The notes beneath the pieces were generated by a model. It did no database searches. It was not told the DNA's origin and saw only the letters and a program-made list of their open reading frames with translations. This document shows, piece after piece, positions 13,277 through 25,700 of a DNA stretch of 64,000 bases. This stretch comes from Phoronis australis (taxonomy: Eukaryota; Animalia; Phoronida). The position numbers and the translations under genes were made by a program. The stretch spans positions 187,997 to 251,996 of the forward strand of contig NMRA01000251.1 of the NCBI GenBank assembly GCA_002633005.1, written 5' to 3'. How positions within the stretch are numbered: position 1 is the stretch's first letter; each line of letters starts with the position of its first letter.

Positions 13277-16200
13277 AAAACACGTCCAAGCACACACCAA
13301 GATGACTAGGTTTATGCGTTTTGTATAATCTGATGTGAATTTTTGATTTTGGGACGTACATTTTCCATGTAGAAGAAATTAGATGTCATTAAGATTCGTT
13401 AACCACTGAAGATACTGTACAATGCACCATTCTTGATTGAACTCTCCTGTGGCGGAGGTAGAAAAATGCACTACATGTAAATGCCCGGACTACTCTGCAA
13501 AATGTCAGGTATAGGAAAAGGGAATGTAATTGGCATCCAGCATTCGTATTTGCCCATTTGTCAATTTCTCGGTGCCCAATTGCATCTCAAAAAGCAGTGA
13601 TATAGGTTAACCTGCAATGATATATTATTATTAAGGTGTAAGTTAATGCTTTGTAGGTTACATTTGCATTCCAAGAAACAGGAAAAATGCTTAATCCATG
13701 TGTTGCATTTTGCGTGTATATGCGTTACCGTGATATATCGGTGAAAACGGCCACCCAGAAATGGAAATTGACTTTTCTGCGGTGATTTCAATGGTGCAAA
13801 CTTATTGGCAAACACGGCGTGCGTTCTGTAGGCTTAGGCGCGACACTCTTGCAAACATGAAATGTATGTAAGGCTCGTAAGATATCAACACGCATCACAG
13901 GCACACCATGTGACTACACTAACATCTCTTCTGAGATTCTACCACCTATGGAACTGGTTGCATCTTGTTTTGCATTCGTGCCGACGTAATTTTGAAAATG
14001 CTGACGTCACTATTCCAAACCGAGGCCGTGAGTCTGATCTTCGTGCTCGGAATAATGTTAGTACAAACTCAAGAGATTGATGTTTTTATGTGCCCCAGTG
14101 CATTATGATTTAACCTATTTTATTGTTAATGGTCTTAACATTAAAGTTATAAGCTGGAGTCTGAATTCGAAATTTTAAGTTTTACTTGTAATCTCGAGTA
14201 TGAGCTCTAGTCTGCACATGTAGCTCGATTCTTGGGATCATTAGGAAACAATCCCACCTTTAGACAGGTTTCTGCGCATACCAATTAAACAATGTATAGA
14301 TAAATAAACGCAGACTGATAGATATTTAACTTTAGTTCATATTAAAGTAGACCAGGAACTATTAAACACAATGTCGAGTTCGTTTCGATTCGGATATCAA
14401 TCTTTAATAATCTCAGGCCCCATAGTTGTGACGACATGCTTGTTCAGGAATTGTGTTCCTATATTTTGCGCTTTTTTCTTGAAAGGATGGGTATAGATTC
14501 CAAAAGCCTACATGGCTACGCAAAACTTTTTGGAAACGCAACATGGGATAGCAGACAGTCTCTGATTAAAGTGTCCGCACTTGGAGCAGACAGTAATGCG
14601 GCTGGAGTTTGATCACAATGCCTCACTGATTTAGCGTACATGTACGAATAGCAGCGGGTTGCAATGTAGCTGATATGACCAGAATATCTGGAGCCCCTAA
14701 AACATAAAGGGTTTGAGGAAAGAGTGACAATGAAGACCGAGAGGCAAAATATTCGTTTATTGTGCTGATATTTTGCGATTTTATTTGCCAAATGCTCCAG
14801 TGTGTTGTGTTTGTTTATATATTGAATTATTTCATAAATTTGATGTCATTTAACGTGTTCAGCTGATGCTGTTCTTGATCGGGTTGAAACTGGAATTCCA
14901 GCAGTAGAGAGTGGTTTTGCTTTGGTCAAATGACGACAATTATTTTCATTGCCACATGACCGTACACGTGACAAGGTTATTGCACGGACGTGTGTGGCAT
15001 AAACTGCGTAATTCGGTCTACTTTAATAATACAAAGTTGAAAATTCAACACGCTACTAAATATATTGACTTTATTTCCTCCTGTTATTTGTAAAATAACA
15101 TTTTGTTCTCGTAATAGCGTTACCTTAAACTACTCGTAACCCCAACACAAATTAGCCACAGCTGCAAACTGCCATGCATTCGGCGACACTAACCAATATA
15201 TCCATTTCTGCACCAAATAATAACACCAGTCGCTTATCCAAATGACTCTATGTGGCTGTAAAAGCAGCTTAGCGCTATCAATAAATCATCAGCAATTGCA
15301 ATTATTCAAATTGTTCATAATCTGATTAGATAGTGCTAAAAGGTTGCAACTCATGTGCACCGACTACCGCGGGTGTTGGGCTTGGTGGAAGTGATTTCTA
15401 AAAAAAATGTTAACCAGTTTATACATGTAGCTTAATGAAGAATAATATTTTTATTTCTTTTTACTCCATAATTGTCCAGCCGACTCTTGGGGGCAAGTTG
15501 TAGTCTCGAATTGAAGAGCTTTTACAGTCGGTGTTGTACAGACATACATTAATACTTACCCTCCGCTTGAATTCACTGTCATCTCAACAGGTATTTGTCT
15601 CTAAATTGATTGACTCCCACGTACCGTTCGCCATTTTGACATGAATAGAGACTGGAAGTGAAATAGTTTGGGAAGATTGAGAAGCACAGGGAAGAACATG
15701 ACGTTCCCTGTAGAAGAACAGACTGTCGCAACTGCGAATTGTGACAGTTTGTCGCATTTTACTCGCTGCGACACTAAGTGTTTCGTTGGGCTGCACAAAC
15801 TGCCGCCCCCTCAAGCTGTCACAGCCGAAAATCAACATCAGGCTGAATGTTTCTGCTTGACGGGATCAAAAGTTAATAAACCCCTCGCACCCCAAATTGT
15901 GTCACCGGTTATTCGGACAGATTGTTTTTAAAAAATCAACGCAATATGATGACGGTGATAATTCGTGCACTTGTGACCGCTTGTGGTATCACAGTGCTCC
16001 ATGTAGTGAGTACGTGCCAATCAAGCACGGTGGCATGGGCGGAGCAGCACTAAAAATGTGGGGACTATTGTACCTGCAGTTCCCTACGGTGCGCCACCAT
16101 GCATGAAGAAGAGGTCATGGTGCATGATTATTCGATCCCTACACACAAATGTACTCATTCAAATCATGAAATGCCTCAAGGTTGCCAATAAACACTGATG

Positions 16201-16410
16201 TGGACCACTGACGGACCCTTAAAAGGGCATCGCCAATTTTACGTCCCAAAAACACATTCTACTATTTTTGGATGAGATGGATTTCGTTATTTGCTTTGGC
16301 CAGAGCTAGAAAACAACAAAGTTTAATGTGCCCTGGAATCTAACTTATATCTAATACTCCAAAATCGCATGTGTTATTTTTATATTAAGTATTCCTTTCT
16401 CGCCGTTGTC

Positions 16411-17009
16411 TGCCTGACAACGACTGAAATCAAGACCGACGACAATACTAAACAAATGCACGCCATTTAGGGTGTGGGCTTGCTTCTCTTGCAAAACGTT
16501 ATAGGTTCAATTCCCCACATGGAATTGTCTTAGAATGTCCTTTTTCTCCTCGACAATGCTAATTCAAAACCCACAACAAGTTATTATTTAAACACATTTT
16601 GCACCCCATCTCTCTCCAAATTTAGGTATTTAGTTTTAGTTCTTGTTCCCTTACAAAGAACTTCCAAACATACAGTGTACATGTATTTGCAAAGTCATTT
16701 CTAAACACTNTGCCTGACAACCACTGAAATCAAGACCGACGACAATACTAAGCAAATGCACGCCATTTAGGGTGTGGGCTTGCTTCTCTTGCAAAACGTT
16801 ATAGGTTCAATTCCCCACATGGAATGGTCTTAGAATGTCCTTTTTCTCCTCGAAAATGCTAATTCAAAACCCACAACAAGTTATTATTTAAACACATTTT
16901 GCACCCCATCTCTCTCCAAATTTAGGTATTTAGTTTTATTTCTTGTTCCCTTAAAAAGAACTTCCAAACATACAGTGTACATATATTTGCAAAGTCATTT
17001 CTAAACACT
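16411..17009. repeat. 299-bp direct duplication either side of N at 16710, probably an allelic overlap (assembly artefact)
   Basis: 16411-16709 and 16711-17009 are collinear with about 7 substitutions and are joined exactly at the N. Confidence 0.85.
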
Positions 17010-20000
17010 CTAAGCTATTACAAAACTTTTTGATATAATTATGGACCCCACGTGGCCTTTAATTGACCAGCGCGCGAGCCGAAACGCTGACTTCCGTTTC
17101 CCTTCATTGTGTGTAGAATATTAGTTACCGCATCTTACTGCCTGTGGACGTTTCTCTGATGCATTGAGCTCAGATTAGTAAGTTATCACGAAAAGATTTG
17201 AACGGTACAACAGCAGAAAGTAAGAAAGCGCGAGAGTTGTCTGTTAGAAATTATTGGCGGATAGATTTTAATTTAATCGGAAACATGGATGCTTGCAAAA
17301 AGTCAATAACGTACAGCAAACATACATGTAAAAATACTGTAGATATCCGTATGATTAGATTTGTATTCTATTACGCAGGTAACTTTTATTAAACGAGTCA
17401 GGCAATGTTAAAAGCCTGTCTTTTGAAACATTGCCACGGTGAATTGTACTTTAACCTACATGTATGTAGGGTGTACCGCATTTTTCTTTCCAGTTTCGCA
17501 CTATTGAAGGATCTCAAGTATATAACCCGCCCCTGCTGCGGTGAACGTTTGATTCAGGCCATCTGTTGCTATAAAATTGGTCTAAACTTAAAACAGACAA
17601 GAAGTGGTTTTGAGTTTGCAAAGTTCGATATTCTTTGAGATCTTGCTGGGCTCGTACATGCACAATGGCCGTGACATGCCGAAGGGGTGGAACTGATCTC
17701 AACCAAAAATGAACTGTCGGTTATCTACAAACCCTGGAATTGTTTCCAGTTTGACCAAGAAAAGATTTGATACCAATTTCGTAACAGTAGGTATTCCAAA
17801 TCAGAAGATGAAAAGGCAACAGTTCAGCATGGGTGCCGACAGTAAAAACAATAAAGCAGCCCACTTGCCTAATACTTCTACAGGTACATGTAGATGTACT
17901 TCATCCAAAGGATACATAAAAACGGACAGCGGTTAAGCCTCAAGAGTTTAACACCAAAAGTGAATATCGATTTTAAATAAACACAGTTCATAGAGTTAAT
18001 GAGATCTGTTTGTTGTAGGGATTCAGATCATTGTTATATGTGGAGTGTTCCGCGTGCAATCACGAGAATAGAATAAATCTATGCTAATTGAAACTCATTA
18101 TACTATTACTGTTTAAAGTCAAACACTTAGCCCCACTGAAGGCACCGTGTCTCACATCATCCCCAAATCTGTCCTGGGGCTCACAAATGAACGTTTCGCG
18201 TTCTAACATGAAACTTCATGGAAATACGACGACATTTAAATTTAAATGCACACAGATATCCATTTCGTAAGGTACAATGTTGGGCTCCGGACACGTTAAG
18301 GTTCCACTTCGTAGCTACAATAGTCCCTGCAGATATTGACAACTGGGTTCAGCAATTGTGGTAAATGGTGGCAGTTTAATGCCTGGAAAGTTCAGGGGCT
18401 CCGACAAAAACAGGAACAACTAACCAATCAATGTCAAGAAGTTAGTCACCTATCATCGCTTGTTTTACACAACTTAAAGATTCAATCCATGAAATCACCA
18501 TTTTTCTTGATGAACACAAAAAATACGTATCTTGAAGTAGTGACCCGGTACAGGCAACCACGAGTGACCCGTTTTCAACCATAATTGTTCACGAACAAAC
18601 CGTGATATCAAAAATGAACAATTTCGAAGAATATGAAAGCTAATTTTTGCAGTTTTTGGTCCTACACCTGTAACTGGCGTGTAAGTCACGTGGTTAACTG
18701 GGAAGTCGTTTTTGCAAAAAACAAGACACACACTGAACGTAAAGAAAGGTTGAAAAAGTTCCAAAACCTGTGGATTTCATGTCCGAAATGAATTCATGGA
18801 AATCTTCTTAACTCCGTGCATTTTAATCACGCTTCATTATAACAAATTTGTCACTTTTAATCTGATCATAATTAATGAGGTTGAGCTTAAACCTTAAAAA
18901 TACTGGAGTTGGTTTCACTTTGACATTTTGTTTGGTTTCAACGGCAACAGACTGATTTTCAAAACATTTTGAAATTCTTATTGGGCTGTGCATGTATTTG
19001 TTTAGTGTCGGTCAAATATAATACATGTTCAGTGAAGGGAGTCTAGACTGATTACAAAGTACACTTGTTGCTCTTTGTTTTTTCTTTTTACTCAATTGGC
19101 GCCAATTATATCCGATTGCGGATCGGAATTTTCTCATTTAGTTACAGATGTATATTTTATTATACATAATGAATGAAGTTAGATATTTAGATATACACAA
19201 AAACAACTTTATTTTAATTAAATCTTTCTGCAGATTCCGGTAAGCATTTTTAATAAAAATACTGTTAAATATACTTATAATTAATACCTAATCGAGACCA
19301 AAATGAATCCCATGAACTATTAACATCGTTTCCGGTTTAATAACTTGTCGTGTTTACCTCCATCAGTTGTGCTGCTTAATCGCATTGTGTAGTATCAAAC
19401 CACTCTATAAATGTCATGATTCGTCGTCTTCTTGGCAACTTTTTTCACATTGAGGCAACGCCATGATCAGATTCGTGTATCTTCTCGTACAGCTGTTCTT
19501 CATACACGAAGTTTTTACTAAGTCTCTTCGTGCCATCGAGGAAGAAAATGTTTTAGAATCTACTCGAATGGTAAGTACTCCGTACATATTGTTAACAACG
19601 CTGTACACCTCGTATTCCACGTACCAAAAGTGAAGAGATATTATCAGGCACACCATGCGGTATTGGCTTGCTCAGCATCTTTTCAAACTAATGAAATTGT
19701 TCAGCTTGGTGTCTTAAAATCGCCGAGTTGTTCAATTGGAGTGCAACTAGGGGAATTCTTTTGATATGACTGAAAACGAGTCAGCTTTTTACATGAACGA
19801 CTAGTCCTCGTAAACGTGAACCACCAATCATTAAGTACAGTAGATACCCTTGCCCATCAGTTTTTTTCAGATACTCTGAAAGTGTTCACATCTACACCGA
19901 AGAACAGTAGAGTGTACTAAGCTTGAATACAGGCCGTTTTCACCTGACGTAGTGTGGTTTAAGTTGCATTTTTTATGTTTGGGTGACTAAAAGAACAAAA

Positions 20001-22708
20001 AAATAGGTCTGTTGCTCGCATAAAATCGTTCTCACGACAGTCTTTACTGTGGCAGGAATTAATTTTTGGTACAAAAACGAAGGGCAATGGCATGAAAATC
20101 CATAGAATTACGAATTTGAAAATGGCTTACATGTATGTACGTATTGTGTGATTTGAGTTGGTAGAGATAGAATCCGACTATTTTAATGAATCAACATGGG
20201 ATCAATTTGCTGGAAGTGAAATTTTATTTTTTCTGTTCTTTAACCGATTAAACAGGGCGAAATGCAGTTTTTGAAAATAGGCATGCGCACTGAAACGGGA
20301 ACTACTTGTAAAGCCAGCACATGTACATGTACGCAGTCTCATAGATCAAGACCATAAAGAGTGCAAATACATTAAGAATTACATGTAAATCCATGTAAGC
20401 CATGCAGTCGCTGATTCATTATAAGAATATTTAGCGATCACAACTACAACTTGAGAAGATCACATGTTAATCAATTTGCTCAATTTGCTTGCAACGACTC
20501 AAAGTTCTTTAAGTCGCAACTTCACCAACCCAAGTGGGTGGATCATAGTTACAGTAGGTTCAATAGTCAATGGTTTGACTACAACGACTTTCCAGGGACG
20601 TTCACTTTAACCGATAGAACTCTAACCCTCTAACCTTAGAAAGCCAACTTTGTCTCGTGCTGGTGAGATTGCAGCGGGCATGCGTGGAATTGTTTTGCAT
20701 TCGTTTGTCCCGGTGTTGGTTTTCGTAATGTCACTAAAACCTTCCACTGCCGTTTTTTAACCGAAATATCAAAAGACACAAAATTACAGAGCCCTTTGTC
20801 AGTTCTTGATGGTGTAAGAGCATAGCAAAAGCCAAAGGTAAATATTTAATTCGTAACTAATCATTATGTAATTACCATTCCTAATACCTGATAGGTTTTA
20901 AACATTTTTCAATTCTAAAAACCAATAGTGTTACAAAAATACAGAAAATATTAGGCTTTTATTGTAACGCAACATATGAAGGAAACCAGCGACGTAATAT
21001 AAATTTCTAACTAAACCTGCTGGGAAATAATAACGTCTTTAATTCAAAAGAGTTCAATTCTAACAAGTCAGAGACAGTGTGGATCGCTCTCAGTTGTTGT
21101 GAAGAATTCAGGTAGACGTCCATCCATCATTATACATGTATATACCTTTGTACATTAATTGGACCTTTAGTGCTGTTTGATTATTTAAATTCTTCACTAA
21201 GGATTTAGGATTCAGGGACATTTACAAAATGTGAGAAATTACTGAGTGCCTGAATAATTTTTTCTCTATCAGAATCCATAACCTAAGATAGTTCTTCTTA
21301 TCCGGTGGCAATAGTTTGAACAATTGTTGATTTAATTTGTCTTTTGCATGCATATAATAACTAGTCCCTTTTTAGTTTATTTCCTATTACTATGCTTTAC
21401 ACCCTACACTAGTTAAAATTGCAACTTTTGATGATTAATAAGTTAGTTATTCAGCCATATGCTTTTTACACATTTTGATAACACTCTTGGTATTAAGAAT
21501 TAAATATCTTTTACTAGATTATTTATAAGTTTTCTGGGATAATCAAGCCCCATGAACAGAACATGAAGGGCTTCCTAACTGTATGACACTAGTGTACTCT
21601 GTAATTTGATTAATAAAACTCGGTGGGTTGCCAACTTCCAAAACATTTCAGTTATTGTACATTCCATATCATCAACGTACACTGTGCCCCAGAACAAATA
21701 CAAACAAAGTTCACGCATGCGCGGGGCATCTTCAGAAAAAAAAAACGTTTTAATGAGAGATAAAAGAAGGCCGTATTCAAGTCCATATAATCGCTTCTGT
21801 TGTAAAACGTGGGAGACGAATGAGATTCAACCTCATTGTCACGGTAACGTGACTGTCTTCGGCGAGACCTTGTGTACCTACATGTATTATGCTATCTCTT
21901 AGAGGAGTCCCGTGCTCGTGGATGGTTACATGTAAATGGTCTCCCGTCATGAAATTTTCCCGACATGAACTTTTCCTAAAATGTGAAATTTTCCGAATGT
22001 GTGAAATTTTCTTGACATATTAAACAGTGTCTTGGCGTGATCAATCTTCGGTCCTGACGTGTTTAATTTAGGTTCTGACGTCATGAATTATAGGTAGTGG
22101 TGCCAGTGGTTTGAGTATATTTCTGGTCGTGCAGAGAATTTAATTTTTGATTCAGAAAACTTGTGTCCTTGATATTTTTTTCTCTTTGGCTTTTCGTAGT
22201 GAGCAAACTTAATTGGGCTGCTTCCCGCAAACCCTAATGAAATCAAATAGACTGCAGTCGATAATTTTGACTCAACACATGAGTTGTCGGCAACGGTTAA
22301 GATATGACCGGCCGCTATAAGCTCCGTTTTTAGGCCGTGGCTATAGCTTTCTCACAGGCTTGTTATATACATGCAGATGTGCAGCTGCATTCAACTAATC
22401 TGCATTGTTTAGACGTTTGGCTTCTCTTCTTTATTCGTATTGTAATCTGATTGTCATTTTTATGTTTATAATGATTGACATTTTCAACGAATGTTAGCCA
22501 ATTGAGGAATAAATTGTGTAAAACGTTTTACTGAAAAGTTAGTCTGTTTTTATGGATCACATTCTAACATTTAAGCGGCACGCACGGAAAAACACGTCTC
22601 CTCATTTTTAGACGTAATCAGCGAAATGGCGCAGGTGCCACGTACGTGGACACAAATTTGTCTAGTTTTAGCGTTTCTTAAACTATTGTCGTGCAATCCT
22701 TTACACAG

Positions 22709-22757
22709 AGTGAGAGAAGAGCTGGGGAGATTAAATGAACTTGAAAATTCGAAACTG
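22709..22757 (+). CDS. astacin gene, putative propeptide exon
   Basis: VREELGRLNELENSKL; ttacacag / GTAAG; phase fits next exon; no motif support. Confidence 0.5.
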
Positions 22758-25700
22758 GTAAGATAAAATGTTGAAATCAAAACTCAAATGTTTACAGATT
22801 AACGTGCACGAAATGTTTGCACTTCTTCAACATGAAATGTCACGGTAATTTGTCGCCGGATAAAAAGTTGAGTCTCTCGACAGAAAGCGTAGCGTTGGCG
22901 CTGCTGTTTAAGAAAAATCAGTAAGGAGACAAGCACTGTACTTTCAAAGACCACTTCTGTGCTCTCGCTTCAAAAATGCAGACATCCGACAAGAGTTTTC
23001 TTTAGTAAACTAAGCGTCGTTAATTAAACTCTAATGTTAAAACAAAACAACTATTACTATATGTAACATCACCAATTATTACATAATTAGCTGTTGCAAT
23101 TGGTGTTTGAATATCAAATGAACTTATATGAAAACCATTCGTCGGTTGTATAATCATTCATGGTGCATTACTGGCTGCTATATAGGTCCTTATCGACATA
23201 ATATTGTATTTAGACAAATACAACTTACAAAACTACTCAGTAAAAATACATTTTTTGTCTGAAATGGCGAAACATGTATAGTACGTTTTCACTGTGTCAT
23301 TAATTGGATTATTGGATCACGTCTCTATAGTCAAAAGTTGTGAAACCTGCAGAATTCGATTTTTAGGCGTAAACGTCTGTCACGTGACCATGCATTTTGT
23401 TAACATTTATCAGTAAATAAACGTGCATTGTCTTGTACTGTACGATTAATGGAAAATTTCCAGATTGAAAATCGCCTGAAAGAAGAGTATGAACACAACA
23501 GACAGGTTAAAGTTGACAAAGCAGGCGTGTCGGTGAGTAATTAATATGTACCTTTTTGCATGAGCCTTTGGGTTTCAAAATAAGATACAATGTCACACTG
23601 TTCATATTGGCAGGATCTGGAGTACCGAGAGCGCGAAAGCGCTTGATCCCAGATTTAATTACTACATAGTGCTTGTTCATTAATCTCCCAATCAGTCCCT
23701 CCCATTGTTTGACCGAGTTAAGATCTTTATTTTTTTATTTTTTTGACATCGGGTGGAATAGAAATTCTTCCGCGTTAGCAGTCGCAGCCACTGACGTCGT
23801 AGGTCGCGGATTCTTCTTCGCAGAAGGGAAATGTATGGAATACAATGTCCTTCAACGAGGGATATTCCCGAGTTCTGGCTTTTTCCTTAATCTTTAGTAC
23901 ATTCCATCCTACAACAGTGAAAATTTGCCGAAATTATGATAACAGGCAAGGTATTAGAACGCTGTGTATGTACACCAGTAGGTTGAAACCTCCCGCACGC
24001 GTTGCATGGAATCGGTAGATGGCGCTTAACGCGTGTCCACCAAATGATCGCAGTCAGGCAACAAAGCGAATTTCAATGTAGCATGAATTTTCGAATGTCA
24101 GATATTGGGAATTAGGACTAAGGTATATACCACGCTAATTTCCATACGTGAAAATCGCGACTCTTAGCAATGTGAAGACGGAAGTCGACATTGAAACATA
24201 TGTTTGTTTGCAAAAATGCTTGCATTCGTGTAGTCGTCAAGAATTGTCACCCTAAGGAGGCCCTCTCAGTTTCTTAGATAGGTAAACATTGTAAAGGGAG
24301 ACGTCTACCTCTGGTCAACACTGATTTCGGTCCCCGAAGTATTCGCTGATTCAGACATGTCTTAGGCTACAAACTATTGGCAAACGTGTACCTTCTTGCA
24401 ATTCCAGAAAACATGGTGTCTCACGCTGTGCGAAATTCATGTTTCAGAACAACACGGCATCAAGATTAGACCAGCGATAGTTTATGATAAACAAATGTTT
24501 GCCTGGATAAATTTCAGATAAAGAAGCTCAAATCAAAGGAAGGCAATTGGACCCACAAGCTTAATCTATTGGAGGAGGACGACATTGATCAGTGGTTTGA
24601 AAATGTAGGTGTTGTTTTAGAAAAGTAGGTGCCCATTGCCTACACTTACTTTTGGTGCCCAAATGTCACTGCTTTGTTGTCACAAAACTGTACACTTTAC
24701 GGGGCAGGTTAGATGTTTATTTGACATTAAATAGCTTTGTTGTTGATGGATTGAAAAAACAGCAGTTCGCAGACGATAAAGTCAGTATTTCGTTTAAAGG
24801 ATACCAAATCCGAATTTGGCTTTTAACAGATACGTCCAGATCTCTGAAACAAAATAATGCTTTGTAACCCTCGGCAATCCTCAAAAGATTGGAGAAAAAA
24901 ACGAAAATTCCTTTCAAAGTTTGCTAAACGGGCAAGAGTGGCCTACGCTTTTAACGAGTTTCAATGCAACTGTAGGAAAAAAAAACACCCACCAATGACC
25001 ATTATGTCCAAATGGTGAGATAGGAGGGCTGAATTTTTAGTTGATCCAAGGTTTTGTATTTCAAGAATGACGCCAATGATGCATTTGCAGGTGGCAGAAC
25101 GTTGATTAGTTGAAATCATGAAAAAAGATTTTAATATCCGTTTAAGAATGTGGAACACTGTAAAACCCACAAACGATGATTTGAAAAAAAATTCAATCTC
25201 AATACTGTTGGCAAAGAGCAACAATTCCATAATAACCCGACGCAGGTTTTTTGTTTTTGAATGCTTAAAGTTTTCTGAAAAAATGGCCAGTTATAGCAGT
25301 TCTTATGAAACAAACGCTACATGAAGTTTTTCGATCGAGTATTGTTCATAATACATCAAAATTCCTAGACGCGATCAAGAATAAGCTTTTGTGATAATGT
25401 AGACATTTGAATCGCAGAACCGTGGACAAAATTTCTAACGAGTTGTAGTTGCGATTAATGTTTTTGCACTCTAAACACTTTTTCTCCATTTACCAGGCAG
25501 AAGATGAAGGAAAATCCAAAAGAGAAGCTCTGCTTGCAGACGACACCAAATTGTGGTTGAGTGAGAAGTCTGCAATTCCATACGTTATAGACAAAAAGAG
25601 TTGGAGTAAGTGATGTTCAGTAAAACGTGCTCATCAGATGCTGGCGTGCGCACGTGAGAGAAAAAAACAATGGCTGCACTTGATTTACATTTACTAAACT

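Noticed and set aside
14400-15640. Minus-strand scraps resembling a RecQ helicase (ILVISATL, WGYE) plus a YY1-like start
   Set aside because: No Walker A or DEAH motif and several stops; cannot be supported without a search
22798-22844. Alternative propeptide exon INVHEMFALLQHEMS
   Set aside because: Ends in phase 2, incompatible with the phase-0 exon at 23464, and leaves only a 40-nt intron
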